This document shows, piece after piece, positions 36,571-50,190 of a DNA stretch of 64,000 bases. The notes beneath the pieces are model-generated. The model did no database searches, was not told where the DNA came from, and worked only from the letters and a program-made list of their open reading frames with translations. The position numbers were made by a program, and so were the translations under genes. The stretch covers positions 35,154,001 through 35,218,000 of the forward strand of contig OZ024743.1 in assembly GCA_964016885.1 (NCBI GenBank). The letters run 5' to 3'. This DNA is from Eledone cirrhosa (lineage: Eukaryota). Within the stretch, counting starts at the first letter, position 1. Each line of letters opens with the position of its first letter.

Positions 36571-37913
36571 ACATTGGGTTATGAGGTGCCTACTGACGGT
36601 AAATCACTCAAAATAATTAATTTATCTGAATATAGTGTGCATTTTATAAAAGATATGGTGATGAAAGGGTTAACACCATTACCTGGCTCTAGGGCAACTT
36701 TAGGAGAGTTCATTCTATTGCAAACATTTGGGGTAGGTCTTTGATTTGAAGAAATCTTCCTCTTTCCTTCCAGCCAATCTCAGAAGTGCCTGAAAAGAGT
36801 CATGGGCACTGCCTTCCTTCTTAACTGATCAAGAAAAAAAAAGCACCAACACATTAGTGATATGATTAATTTTAAATACAAAATAGTTTGCACAGTGCAA
36901 TAAATTCATTTCATCTCTCCGACAAAATGATGCACTTCTCTTCTTCCTTACAGCAAAATAATTTATTCCACTTTTCAAACTTTTTTTTTTACTTACTACT
37001 TGCCAAAGCAGGTTATCACTAATTTCCTTGGATTTTATTAATTCACAGACAGTCAGACAAACAGATAAATTGATAAATAGATACATAAATACACACATAA
37101 ATACTTACACACCTACATACATAGACAAACAGACAGATAGACAGACATACATCTGTACATTCATCCATATAGATCCACACATACATACGTGGGCAGACAC
37201 ATAGATAAAGAAACAGATGGACAGCCAGACAGACAGACCAATAGAGACACAGATAGCCAAATAGATAGATAAATAGATAGATGAGGGAAAGGAGACTGGT
37301 TGAATATATGTGCATAAGTATAAGAGTACACATCTGTATCTCTGTGTATATGTGAGTAAAGTTGTATGTCAGTATATGAATTGTAACTATATCTTGTATA
37401 AGTATGTGTGTTTTTGTGTTTTCATAAGTGCAGTCATGTGTAATAGGCGTATAAACGTGTGCATATGTGTATATGAGGTTGTATTTCTGTATATGTATGT
37501 ATGTATGTATCTATGTATGTATCTATGTATGTATGAATGTGAGAATGCGTGTTTGTGCACACACAACTCTGTGTGTGTGTGTGTGTTTGACAAGGAGGTT
37601 GCCTTTGGAGATATGTTTTTCTATGTATCTTCACTATATATACCTTATTATTTTTGGATATGTATGAGTGTGTGTGCATGTGTGCATGTGTGTGTGCATG
37701 TGTGTGTGTTTATGCAGATGAAAGACCTAACTAGGTGAACAAAAGCTCATCCCACACCCTCACCAAGACTAGTAGCTGAATGTATAGGTGTGTGCATGTG
37801 TGACAAGGTAGGGGTGTTTGTAGCTTCATCCCCTTCCCACCCTAAGGTGTTTCCTGCCTCTGCTAATGCATCCCCTACTTCTTCCACATCCTTATTTTTA
37901 ATGTTTCTATTCT

Positions 37914-37950
<37 letters not shown>

Positions 37951-37964
37951 GCAACTAACAAGAA

Positions 37965-38522
37965 ATAATAATTGTTTCTACTTTTGGCACAAGGCCAGCA
38001 ATTACCCCAGTGCATTACTGGTACTTTATTTTATCGACCCCATAGGGATGAAAGGCAAAGTTAACCTCAGCGGGATTTGAACTCAGAATGGCAAGGGGCA
38101 TAACTCTATGCCACAAAGCATGGCGTCCGACCCTCTACTAATATTACCAATCCCTTAATAACAATGATTTCTAGTATAGGCACAAGGCCAGTAATTTGGG
38201 GGGAGGGGAAAGTTGATTAAATCGACTCCAGTACATTACTACATCTTTATTTTATTGACCCCGTAAGGATGAAAGGCAAAGTTAATCTCGGCAGGATTTG
38301 AACTCAGACTGTAAAGGGCCGTAACTCTCTGCCACAACGCAGGGTGTCTGATGCACTACCAATACTGCCAATCTATCGCCCTTAATAACAATAATAATAA
38401 TAATTGTTTCTACTTTAGGCACAAGGCCAGCAATTACCCAGTGCATGACTGGTACTTTATTTTATCAAGTACCAGTAATGCACTGGGTAATTGCTGGCCT
38501 TGTGCCTAAAGTAGAAACAATA
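37965..38522 (-). mobile_element. Tandem cluster of Nin-type SINEs ending in a SINE-tail palindrome
   Basis: Head-to-tail copies at 37965-38153 and 38163-38382, a partial copy at 38400-38466 and its inverted duplicate at 38467-38522. Confidence 0.85.
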
Positions 38523-38552
38523 ATAATAATAATAATAATTGTTTCTTCTTTT

Positions 38553-39335
38553 GGCACAAGGGTCTACATATAGGGGACAATACAGTAGACAGGGACAGTT
38601 GGGGGTTAACAATAACACAGAGTAAAAAATATATATACAACAATAATAAACAATACAATTATAATAATAAAAATTTCCCAATAGGGAGAGTACCACCCAG
38701 GGGTGACTTAGGAACCCACTGATCCTAAACCATCATACTCACCAAGAGCCCCATAGGAGACATCTCTCTCCTCTCTAAACTCACCAGCCTAGGTCAGAGT
38801 AGGCCATTCACTCAAGCCATCCTTGCTACATTCACCCTCCTTTTAATAAATGTACTGAGGGGTGAGCATTTCTCTCTCCACCCTCATCTTCGTTTCCAAA
38901 TGGAGCTTGAAAAAGTTGATGAGGGTGGCAGAAGAGGAAAGTGTTTGCCTTCAGTTATTTTTGTCATGGTCATCACCCAACCACTTTAACTACAGCCACC
39001 AGACAGAGGAAAACTGCTTGCCCTTCCTGGGTGAAAGAAAGCAGCAGGACAATTTTCACAATGGACTCAGCCAATAGCCAGATCCATCTTACATGCGATA
39101 AAAGCTGTTCAACAAAACCCCACAAGTCAGTAATGCATGAACTCTGGATGAGTGCATGAAGAATCATTTCAACACTCTGCATGCATCTTGGACACATTTA
39201 TCTGACAGCACTGCTATGCTTGTAGAGTTTGTCTCCAGCCAACAGTGCCCCCTGGTAGCACTATCAAGCCAGGGATTTCTGGGGGACATGGACATGCCTT
39301 TCCACAGGGATGAACAATGTTGGGGACAATACATT
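38553..39335 (-). mobile_element. L1/Tx1-clade LINE 3' fragment
   Basis: CPRC...E.I.HAL zinc-binding C-terminal domain (ORF 38973-39197); 3'UTR homologous to 54790-55170. Confidence 0.75.
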
Positions 39336-39419
39336 AACAATAATAAGTTATCTGGTCAAATATAAATGGTGTAACATTGCTCCAATGCTCCAATGCTCCT
39401 CTCAAAGTCTCTGTATCTA

Positions 39420-39640
39420 GAACTTATAAGGACCAGCAGGCATTCAGAATATGTCTTAAACATCTCTGATGAAAATACTCCAGAACTTTTACATGGTTCA
39501 TGTAAAAGACCCATGTTTCATATGAGTAAAGAAGAAAAGTCAATACAGTTGCACGATTCTCAGCAACTTTTGTTAACCTTGCAATGCCATGTTGAGGCCC
39601 AACATGAGACTTCAGAGCTGTTAATGCTGCGTTTTCAATA
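39420..39640 (-). mobile_element. RTE/BovB-like LINE fragment
   Basis: Minus strand reads ..HGIARLTKVAENRATVLTFLLYSYETWVFYMNHVKVLEYFHQRCLRHILNACW, matching the RTE LLYGxETW...FHQRCLRxIL motif. Confidence 0.75.
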
Positions 39641-40061
39641 CATGAGGTAGCAATAAGGTAATAAATAAATTGGTGGAAAATGTTTAGTTCCCATCACACA
39701 TCAACTTTTTCTAATAGAAGAAATTGCATCTGTGAACAAAGGGATGCTAGGAATTATTCCACTATGGCTCTCTTCACAAAGCAATGAAGCCAATTCAGAG
39801 AGGGAGGGTGGGGAGAGAGACAGAGAGAGTAGAATTAACATTGTTATCACTTGACTGGTACTTTATTTGTTGATCCCAGAATGATGAAAGAGAAAGATGA
39901 CCATGGTGGGATTTGAACTGTGTACAGAAAGTTGGAATGAAAGAGAGAGAGGGAGAAAATTGACCCTAATACTTGAATGACCCTAAAAAGATATTTAATG
40001 ACCCTAAAAAGATATTTAATGACCCTAAAAAGATTAAAAGGAAACTTGACTTCATTAGCAT

Positions 40062-40283
40062 TTAATCCTTTAGCATTTACATTACTCTGTATTTACTCTT
40101 GTATTTTCACAGTAAAGGCTTTATCTCACGTAATACTGCACATAATATCAAAGCTATGAGATTTTGATATTATTTATTTTGAGAAGAATATCTAAACATT
40201 GGTGGTAGGTTATGGCTGGTTTGAACAGAAAGAGGTCAGAGAATTCTGGCCAGATATGGCCGGTTTAAATGCTAAAAGGTTAA
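40062..40283 (-). mobile_element. piggyBac-like MITE, family A
   Basis: TTAA flanks and TIRs; reverse complement of 51257-51485. Confidence 0.8.
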
Positions 40284-40518
40284 ACTCAGTATGCAGAGAG
40301 CCAGAACAAACACCACAAAGCATCTTATCTGAATCTCTATTGCTCTGATAATTTGACTCAAAACCATCTGATATCCAACTGACTTTTGTAGGAAGGGAAG
40401 GGAGTAGGAGTAAGTGGCTCTTCTCAAGGGTGATGAAATGTAGTGCTCAACTTTAGCAGAATTTGAACTCAGAATTAATATACCAAGTTCACCTATACAT
40501 GTGTGTATGAGTATCCAT

Positions 40519-40586
<68 letters not shown>

Positions 40587-41719
40587 GTGCATGCATGTGT
40601 GAGTATGTGTGTGTGTGTGTAAGTGCATGCATGTGTGAGTATGTGTGTGTGCATATCTGGCTGTCTCTCCCTATCCCACCTCTCTCTCTCCCTATCTATC
40701 TATCTATTTATCTATCTATCTCTTGTATGCTTTTGAGCCAACTCTTCCACCTAGGAATAATTAAAACACTCTACCAAATTACATCACAGTAGAATGCTTC
40801 TAAATTAATGATATCTGTTATGAACAAATCAATAAAATGGCTTAGCATTTCAGTATCCTTTGCTGTTAGTCATACTAAAATATTTAGTATGACTTATTCT
40901 TTCAAGAGAACAATAGATTCTTTCTCTCTTGACTCCACAACATCAATTTACTAAAACCTAAACCATTGTTTTGAATGCTTAATCATACAGGGTGAATGAG
41001 AAAAAGTTCTCACACCAATGTATTATTTTTTAGCCATTCAAATTAGAATCAGTGGTGCACTGGACATAATGCATTGTTTATGCTATGAAACTTAGTTGTT
41101 CTGAGTTTAAATCTCACCAAGGTTGACTTCGCCTTTCATGATTCCAGAGTCAATAAGGTAACAGGAATCAGAATTGTTGGCCTTGTACTAAAGCGATGAA
41201 TCATAAATAATGTGATTCCCACCACATACATACAAATGCACATATTTCAAGGCTCTGGTGCTGGAAGATATGGCACTAGCTGGTTTATACACAACATACA
41301 CAGTCTAAGACAGGATTTGAACTCAGAACATTAAGCCCCAATACAGACACTGCAAGGAATCTTGTCTGGTGCTTTAACAATTCTGCCTGTCTACTCTCTA
41401 GACTAGTACTTTTATCTACAGCAAGAAGGATGAAAGGTAAAATTGACCACAGCGAGATTTGAACTCAAAAATAAATAGCACAAAATATTTCATATAATGT
41501 TGTAATGCCATCACCAATTCACTACCTACACGAAGGTCACAGCACAGTAATGAGACACAAAATGTCAAACTGATAGCATACTAACATCTAATAACCCTCG
41601 ATAACTGTCGTTTTCTTACATCAGTGTAAAAGGATCTAAACAAAGCAAGAAATTCTTTGAAGGATCTTAGCATCAATGTAGTAGTGGGTTCTAGATAACT
41701 GGCTAGAGGATGATATATT

Positions 41720-42198
41720 TAATACAGAAGACCCGAATTCCCATGGGCACAGGCTGTAGCTGAAGCATATATATAGCATGAACCACCCTGCCCCTCCCTA
41801 CCCACTCCCATACATCTCCCTTGAGGACAAGCTGAAGTATACATCCAACAAAGCCTCCAGCCTACACTGTAAAGTGCTCATGATGGCGACACAATATGAC
41901 AAAAAGCACCCAGCCCTCACTGTAAAGTGGTTGTGTTGGTGACATGACAAAAAGTGCCCAGTCCACATTGTAAAGTGGTCATGTAGGTATCACAACAAAA
42001 ACAACCCAGCACACACTGTAAATGTGGTTGGCATTAGGAAGGGCATCCAGCCATAGAAACCAAGCTAAGATCAGCCCTGTGTGAGCAAAACACAGTCATC
42101 TGACCAGATCTCTTCTCTCACAAAGTTACAGCCTATCCTACCCATGCTAGCATGGAAAATGGACGTTAAACGATGATGATGATGATGATGATGATGAT
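41720..42198 (+). mobile_element. RTE 3' end with tandem subrepeats and (GAT)n tail
   Basis: Homologous to 27100-27400 and 21200-21670. Confidence 0.75.
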
Positions 42199-42465
42199 AT
42201 GGAGTATTAAAAATTTAAACTAGAAAGAAATATGCAGTGAGAAAGAAAGAAAAATAGTAATTCCTAACTAATATCATTTTTCCATTTTCCCAGCAAGTAT
42301 GGCAGACAAATCCAAATGTGTTCCAGCCATGTTCTAAACAATCTTATTGAATTCAATATATATAGAAATGTCTAATTTATTGACATGGAAAAATAGAAAT
42401 ATTAAAAAATTAATTTATTCAGATACTTTATTGATTCTCTCTTTCTACCGCCAGACACATACCAC

Positions 42466-42629
42466 CAGTGCTAGATTTACCATCATGCTTAGGTGTGCTT
42501 AAGCATAGGGCCCTGTTGGCCGGGGAGGCATCTTCCTGCCAAAAAACTTTTTTATGATGTTTTTTTCAAAAGTATGAGGCCTCATAACTTAACGAGCACA
42601 GGGCCTCATTTGTCCTAAATCCAGCACTG
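42466..42629. mobile_element. hAT-like MITE
   Basis: TIR CAGTGCTAGATTTA / TAAATCCAGCACTG; 8-bp TSD CATACCAC/CATATCAC. Confidence 0.75.
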
Positions 42630-43011
42630 CATATCACAGAGATCTTGCCTTGTTGCCAGATCCTTAATTTAAAAAAAAATGATTAACCATTTTGATATCA
42701 TTCCATCCCAAACTGCCTGTTTCTATGAACCAAAACCATTCATTTTGAGGGTTCCTATTTAAAGTAAAATCTTCCAACATAATTTGATATAATAACATTT
42801 TGCTAAGTTATGGTACAAACACTCTCTTATTTGAATAATTAATAATCTTAGTAAATCCTTCTAAATTCTTCATTATTTAAATAAAATACTGTGTATTTCA
42901 TTAAAGATATTGTCACAAAAAAGTTAAGGTCCATTCTCTCCAGATTTCACACCTTGGTAATCTTTTTTTAATGTGTCCTTAGATCTTCTACAAATCTTGA
43001 TGTATTATTGT

Positions 43012-43470
43012 TTTATAATTTAGGCACAAGGTCAGTAAATTTGGTGGGAGGACAAAGTGGATTAAATTAACCCCTGTACTTGATCCTGAAAGGATGAAAG
43101 GTAAAGTTAACCTTGGCAGGATTTCAACTGAAAATATCACGAGCCAGAGCAACTATTACAATGGCAATTTCTTTGATCCTCTACCAATCTACCTCCCTTT
43201 TTTTTATAATGGTTTCTAACATAGGTACAAGGCAAGCAACTTTGGGTTGCAGAGAAAGTCAGTTAAATCAATCCTAGTATTGGACAGGTACTTTATTTTA
43301 TTGACCCTGGAAGGATGGAAGGTGAAGTTGACCGTAGCAGGATTTGAAACCTGAACACAAAGTGCCATAATTAAATCTTATGATTCTGCTGATCTATGAC
43401 CCTCCATCTCCTGATATATTAATAACTGTTTCTACTTTTGGCACAAGGCCATCAATTACCCAGTGCATTA
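43012..43470 (-). mobile_element. Tandem degenerate Nin-type SINEs
   Basis: Three GG(C/T)ACAAGG tail starts at ~43022, ~43223 and ~43440; the first two carry GGATG(A/G)AAGG..AAGTT domains. Confidence 0.7.
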
Positions 43471-44648
43471 TATTAATAACAATGTTCAGTATCATTATTT
43501 ATAACCCCACTTCAAACATAGCCGTGATATTCTACATTTTTCGTTTTATTTTTTGGGCCTATAATTGACTATTAATTATCAAAAATATATATATTTTCCC
43601 ATATCAGGTCATAAACTGAAACAAGAGGAAAGTCTAAATATTCTATCACCTGTGAGTGTTGCAGCTGGTTGAATCCATGATATTTGTTGACCTGTCAATT
43701 GAAGTGTCAATCTTTCAGTTCCTGGTTACTGATGAGTGCTCTGCATTATTTTCATAATAAAAACACTTAGCTCTTTCGCTAATGGCTGTTGTGTGTTTAC
43801 ACACTTGTACTTGCTTTGGCGTTTATCTGAGCTGGATTGTACTGGCTCAAACCAGTGAATCAACATTGTGAACAGAAGCCAACCTTGCTTGGCAATCACA
43901 AAAGTCCCACATGGAAATCATAAACCATTTTGTGATTCTAATGGCAGGGACCATTTATGCAAGGACCGGGTTTCAATATTAGATTTAGCTTAATTATACT
44001 AAACCACAATTACAACTGCCAAACTTTGCCATTTACATGATCTTGAGAGAGGCTCTGCATTGCAGAAGAGGACACCATGTAGATGATGGAATACATGACC
44101 AAATCAATTATTAACCAACCTCAGCAGAATTTTAACTCAGAACCAATAATAGCAAATTCACCTATACATATCTAAAAAGAAATGATAATCAGAACAAGTA
44201 AGAAAATAGTTAGGGCTATTAAAAGACATGACCTCAAAGAATTGAGCAGACCTGTAGTTGCTTTTGATAGAGGTGGAGGTGGGGTAGTGTATGGAAGCAG
44301 ACATAGCTGAATTGTTAAGAAATTTACTTTGCAATTATGAGGCCCTAGGTTCAATCCCACAGCATAAAATCTTGATCTTTTCCTCTGGACTTTGGTCGAC
44401 TTGAGCTTTGTTAGTGAAATATATTTGATGGAAATTGTGTGGAAGTCTGTCAGATGGACTGCTTCTCTAATTCAAAGAGATAAATTTGTCACACACAGTC
44501 ATGCTAATTCTGGTTGAGTATTAAAGTGGCCCTTTTCAGACTAACCCATCCAAAACCATCTCTAGCTCTACAAAACAGAGCTACCCATTATAATCAGTTC
44601 CTATTTAAATTAAAATCTTCCAACATAATTTGATATAAGGACCTTCTC

Positions 44649-44877
44649 TTAACCCTTTAGCATGTACATTCCTCTATATTTCCTATTGTATTTTCACGGT
44701 AAACACTTTATTTCACATAATTATCTCACATAATATTGAATCTACGAGATTTTGATATTATTTATTTTGAGAACAATACCTTAACATAAGTATGAGCAGC
44801 CAGTTACATCTGGTTTGAACAGAAAGAGGTGAGAGAATTCTGGCCGGATATGGCCAGTTTAAATGCCAAAAGGTTAA
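44649..44877 (-). mobile_element. piggyBac-like MITE A nested in MITE B
   Basis: TTAA on both sides; the flanks rejoin into a family-B sequence. Confidence 0.8.
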
Positions 44878-45487
44878 GTAATATTACAAATACCATCTTA
44901 ATGAAATAATTAATAATTTTAGTAAATCCTTCCAAATTCTTGATTAATCAATTCAAATGCAGTGTATTTCATTAGAAATACGGTAATGAAAGTGTTAAGC
45001 ATACATGTTTCTGTGAAACCCTGATCCACTGCAAATTTGATAAATAGGCAGTCCAGTTGATTGAACAACTGAATACTCATCCTGAAAACCAAAGAAATCA
45101 ACAGACTTTTTTTGTATATGGCACTACCACCAAATATGTGTATGTATGTTTATGCATGTGTGTGTGCGTGTATGTGTGCGTGTGCATGTGTGTGTATGAG
45201 GGGGAGAATGCTATTTCCATACAGGAAATGCTTTTGATATTGAAATTGTAAAGTTATCGATATGGTCAATAGGAAGTGGTGGTGGTGGTGGTGACGGTGG
45301 CAGTGGCGGTGGTGGTGGGAAGTAATGGTAACAGTATCAGTTCCTGCCATAAACAATACTGATCAATATATCCAATATAGAATACATTCATTGAGAACAG
45401 TTGAATAAGTCACAGAATTAGATACTCTGGGAAAATTGTCTGAAGTGGAATTGTTGGATCAAAGTCAGATTGATTAATATAGATAGA

Positions 45488-47247
45488 TGGTGGTGGTGGT
45501 GGTGGTGGTGTTGGTGGTGGTGGTGGTGGTGGTGGTGGTGGTGGTGGTGGTGGTGGTGGTGGTGGTGGTGGTGGTGGTGGTGGTGTTGGTGGTGGTGGTG
45601 GTGGTGGTGGTGGTGGTGGTGGTGGTGGTGGTGGTGGTGGTGTTGGTGGTGGTGGTGGTGGTGGTGGTGGTGGTGGTGGTGGTGGTGGTGGTGGTGGTGG
45701 TGGTGGTGGTGGTGGTGGTGGTGGTGGTGGTGGTGTTGGTGGTGGTGGTGGTGGTGGTGATGTTGGTGGTGGGGGTGGGGGTGGGGGTGGGGGGTGGGGG
45801 GTGTTGGTGGTGGTGGTGGTGGTGGTGATGTTGGTGGTGGTGGTGGTGGTGGTGGTGTTGGTGTTGGTGGTGGTGGTGGTGGTGGTGTTGGTGGTGGTGT
45901 TGGGGGTGGGGGTGGGGGTGGGGGTGGGGGTGGGGGTGTTGGTGGTGGTGGTGGTGGTGGTGGTGGTGGTGGTGGTGGTGGTGGTGGCGGTGGTGTTGGT
46001 GGTGGGGGTGGGGGTGGGGGTATTGGTGGTGGTGGTGGTGGTGGTGGGGGTGGTGTTGGTGGTGGTGGTGGTGGTGGTGGTGGGGGTGGGGGTGGGGGTG
46101 TTGGTGGTGGTGGTGGTGGTGGTGGTGGTGGTGGTGGTGGTGGTGGTGGTGGTGGTGTTGGGGGTGGGGGTGGGGGTGGGGGTGTTGGTGGTGGTGGTGG
46201 TGGTGGTGGTGGTGGTGTTGGTGGTGGTGGTGGTGGTGGTGTTGGTGGTGGGGGTGGGGGTGGGGGTGTTGGTGGTGGTGGTGGTGGTGGTGGTGGTGGT
46301 GTTGGTGGTGGTGGTGGTGGTGGTGGTGGTGGTGGTGTTGGTGGTGGTGGTGGTGGTGGTGGTGGTGGTGGTGGTGGTGGTGGTGGTGGTGTTGGTGGTG
46401 GTGGTGGTGGTGGTGATGTTGGTGGTGGGGGTGGGGGTGGGGGTGGGGGGTGGGGGGGTGTTGGTGGTGGTGGTGGTGGTGGTGGTGTTGGTGTTGGTGG
46501 TGGTGGTGGTGGTGGTGTTGGTGGTGGTGGTGGTGGTGGTGTCGGTGGTGGGGGTGGGGGTGGGGGTGGGGGTGTTGGTGGTGGTGGTGGTGGTGTTGGT
46601 GGTGGTGGTGGTGGTGATGTTGGTGGTGGTGGTGGTGATGGTGGTGGTGGTGTTGGTGTTGGTGGTGGTGGTGGTGGTGGTGTTGGTGGTGGTGGTGGTG
46701 GTGGTGGTGTTGGTGGTGGTGGTGGTGGTGATGTTGGTGGTGGGGGTGGGGTGGGGGGATGTCGGTGGGGGTGGTGGTGGTGGTGGTGTTGGTGATGGTG
46801 GTGATGTTGTTGTTGGTGGTGGTGGTGTTGGTGTTGATGGTGGTGGTGGTGGTGATGTTGTTGTTGGTGGTGGTGGTGTTGGTGGTGGTGGTGTTGGTGG
46901 TGGTGGTGGTGGTGGTGGTGGTGGTGGTGTTGTTGTTGGTGGTGGTGGTGGTGTTGGTGGTGGTGGTGTTGGTGGTGTTGGTGGTGGTGGTGGTGGTGGT
47001 GGCGGTATTGGTGTTGGTGGTGGTGGTGATGTTGTTGTTGGTGGTGGTGGTGTTGGTGGTGGTGGTGTTGGTGTTAATGGTGGTGGTGGTGGTGATGTTG
47101 TTGTTGGTGGTGGTGGTGTTGGTGGGGGTGGTGGTGGTGGTGGTGGCGGTGGTGTTGGTGTTGGTGGTGGTGGTGGTGGTGGTGGTGGTAGTGGTGATGT
47201 TGTTGTTGGTGGTGGTGGTGTTGGTGGTGGTGGTGGTGGTGTTGTTG

Positions 47248-47279
<32 letters not shown>

Positions 47280-47484
47280 GGTGTTGTTGTTGTTGTTGTT
47301 GTTGTTCTTGTTGTTGTTGGTGTTGGTGGTGGTGGTGATGTTGTTGTTGGTGGTGGTGGTGGTGTTGGTGGTGGTGGTGGTGGTGGTGTTGGTGTTGATG
47401 GTGGTGGTGGTGGTGATGTTGTTGGTGGTGGTGGTGGTGTTAGTGGTGTTGTTGGTGGTGGTGGTGGTGGTGGTGGTGGTGGTG

Positions 47485-47516
<32 letters not shown>

Positions 47517-47665
47517 GGTGGTGGTGGTGGTTTTAGTGGTGATGATGTTGGTGGCGGTGGTGATGGCAGTGGTAGTGGTGGACCACAACCACCATTATCC
47601 CCACCACCACCACCATCATCATCATCACCATCATCATCACCATCACCATCACTACTATCACCATC
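45488..47665. repeat. 2.1-kb (GGT)n array with GGGGTG and GTT variants, ending in a short inverted (CCA/CAT) tract
   Basis: Visible in sequence; ORFs are open in several frames only because the repeat lacks stop codons. Confidence 0.93.
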
Positions 47666-48289
47666 ATGAAAGTTACCAGTCATCTTGGTCCCCTCTGTTA
47701 TGTGTCTATCACGTGAAGTGAATGGAGGCAGTATTTATTTTTATGGGGTTTCTCTTTACCTTTTCAGTCAAATTATTCAAATAGAACCAAAAAACAAAAC
47801 AACCAACCCCCAAATAAAACAATATATTTAACAAACAAACAAAAAATAAATATATAAATGAAAATAAAAAAAATAATAATGTTCGTTTATTGTTGGTTTA
47901 TTGTAATATTCCCCACGGTAAACAGAGTTAGTTACCTCATAGCCATTTAACTCTCAGGTAATTATGCTTCAGGTGCAATTGGTAATACACTACCACGATC
48001 ACCATGACCACCACCACCACCATTATCATCATTACCATCGTCATTATCATCACCAACATCATTTCATAGCCTAATCATTGTTTTCATTGTTTTCACCCCT
48101 ACTTATTACCTCTCTTATCAATAAGACCACTCTGTTCTTCACTGCCACTACTACTACTACTGCTACACACTCCTTTATTTTATCATCATCATCTTCATCA
48201 TCAGCATCGGCATCATAACTGCCCCAACTCTCTCAATTACCTTTATCCCTTTTATATCTATGAAAGGAGGTATATTTGGTATATATAAA

Positions 48290-48500
48290 TATATACGATA
48301 TATTAACAAATGGAAACTATATTTATAAAACCATATTTAAGTCATTATACATATTTCAAGGACACCAAGTTAAAATTATGGTGTGCTTTCATCAGATAAA
48401 ATATAATATAGAGCAGTTTTATAAATAAATATTGACATACCCTTAAAGAATGGGACCATTTCTGTTGGAACCAACAATTTAAATTGAACTTCTACATATA
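48290..48500 (-). mobile_element. Hammerhead-core-bearing short element, same family as 13065-13362
   Basis: 48293-48396 nearly identical to 13065-13178; shares the CCAACAATTTAAAT.GAACTT end; TA-rich flanks. Confidence 0.65.
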
Positions 48501-48794
48501 AATATATATATATTTTTAAGTGAAGGGTGAGTATTTAGAGAATTGGATTCACAATTGTGAGGTTGTGAGCTTGATCACTGGTCCAGGCGATGCATTATGT
48601 CCTTGAGCAAGACACTTTATTTCATGTTGCTCCTTCTGCCTGGATTTGCGACCTGTAGATAGTATTAGCAATTTGTTGGGGTCTGGGATCTTGTTGATAG
48701 ATTGTTATTATATATATTATATTCTTTAGTATGACTAAGTGATGAGTCTTGTTACTCTGGGGTTTCACATCTGTACTCACAGGATCATCCAACA

Positions 48795-49010
48795 AGATAT
48801 CTTGTCGGATGATTCTGTGAGTAGACAGATGAATCTCCAAAGAGTTATAGCACAACTAATCAGAGAAAGAGTCAAATTAGATGAGATACAGTTTGGTTTC
48901 ATGCCTGGGAAAAGTACTACAGATGCCCTCTTTTTAGTGAGGCAACTACAAGAGAAGTTCCTAGCCAAAAATAAACCACTATACCTAGCTTCCATTGATC
49001 TAGAAAAGAA
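48795..49010 (+). mobile_element. RTE RT fragment
   Basis: QFGFMPGKSTTDALFLVRQLQEKFL..KPLYLASIDLEK. Confidence 0.85.
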
Positions 49011-49995
49011 GTATGTGGACTGCAAGGGGGACTATGTTAAAAAATAAACCTCATTTAGTCACATTCCATGAGAGTATCTTGGTCAGCGTATGAACCTTTC
49101 AGCCAATCCTCGTATATCTACATTTAAGCTGACCTTTTTATGACACAGGACTGACCATTTCTTTAAATGGGAAGTTTCAGCAGTCATAAATTTCACAAGA
49201 TTATTAATGACATAAAACAAGAGAAAAATCTGCAACTTGGAAGTGGAGCTGAGTCAAGGACTTAATGACTCTAAGAAGTTAACTTTACTGCATATCACTT
49301 GTCACTTTTTTACTAAGTTGTCTTGTCCTGCAGGCTTTCCAGAAAAACTAGAGGAGTACATTATGTGAAATATTTTCAATTAGCAATAAAAACAAAAAGG
49401 AGATAAGTCGCACAGCAACATCTGACTTGCTTGAACAGAAGCTCATCTCTTCCTTTTATCATCTCTCCACTTTTTATAAGTGGAATTTTAGCATTCATAC
49501 CTTTCTGAACAGCCTTTGTGTGACACAAGTCAATTGAAATAACTAAAACTTGTTATTAAAGAGAAAGCTATATGCTCAGCCCATCAGAAGGAGTCCTTTC
49601 ATGATCATATTTGTAATGAAATATATCATCATCATCATTTTTACGTCACCTTTTCCTTGCTGGCATGGGTTTGATGGGATTTCTAAGATAATGTTTTACA
49701 ACCAGATGCCCTCCTGACTAACCCTTTCACTTGCCTCTTATGATACACAGAGATATGGTGTACATATTCTAAACTGGATATCAATTTATTAATGAAGAAT
49801 TTAAAAGCATTTACTAAAATTATTAATTATTTTATTATTAAGATGGTGTTTGTAACATAACTTAACTAAAAGTTCTTATATCAAATTATGTTGTAAAATT
49901 ATAACTTAAATAAGAACCCATTAAGATGGGTGATTTTATTTCATGCAACCAGGAGTGGGTTGGTATCAAACAATCATACACTATCATTATTTAAC

Positions 49996-50190
49996 AGGGT
50001 GATGGATTGGCAGTATCGGTAGAGGGTCGGATGCCATGCTTTGACACATAGAGTTACAGCCCTTGCCATTCTGAGTTCAAATTCCGCCGAGGTTAACTTT
50101 GCCTTTCATCCTTACGGGGTCGATAAAATAAAGTACCAGTAATGCACTGAGTAATTGCTGGCCTTGTGCCAAAAGTAGAAACAATTATTT
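49996..50190 (+). mobile_element. Nin-type tRNA-derived SINE (short variant), complete
   Basis: A-box, B-box, central domain and tail; flanked by duplicated ATTATTTAACA. Confidence 0.88.

Noticed and set aside
39393-39650. Plus-strand 85-aa ORF with AG/GT boundaries that looked like a host exon
   Set aside because: The opposite strand encodes a clear RTE motif (LLYSYETW..FHQRCLRHIL); it is an antisense shadow ORF.
39975-40035. 21-bp tandem repeat giving an MTLKRYL ORF
   Set aside because: Local slippage duplication of three units with no coding support.
43620-43990. Unique, coding-looking island
   Set aside because: Stops in the frames examined and no recognisable motif.
45410-47721. Long Pro/Thr/His/Gly/Val-rich ORFs (mucin- or extensin-like)
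   Set aside because: Several frames on both strands are open because the repeat lacks stop codons; no signal peptide, splice or codon evidence.
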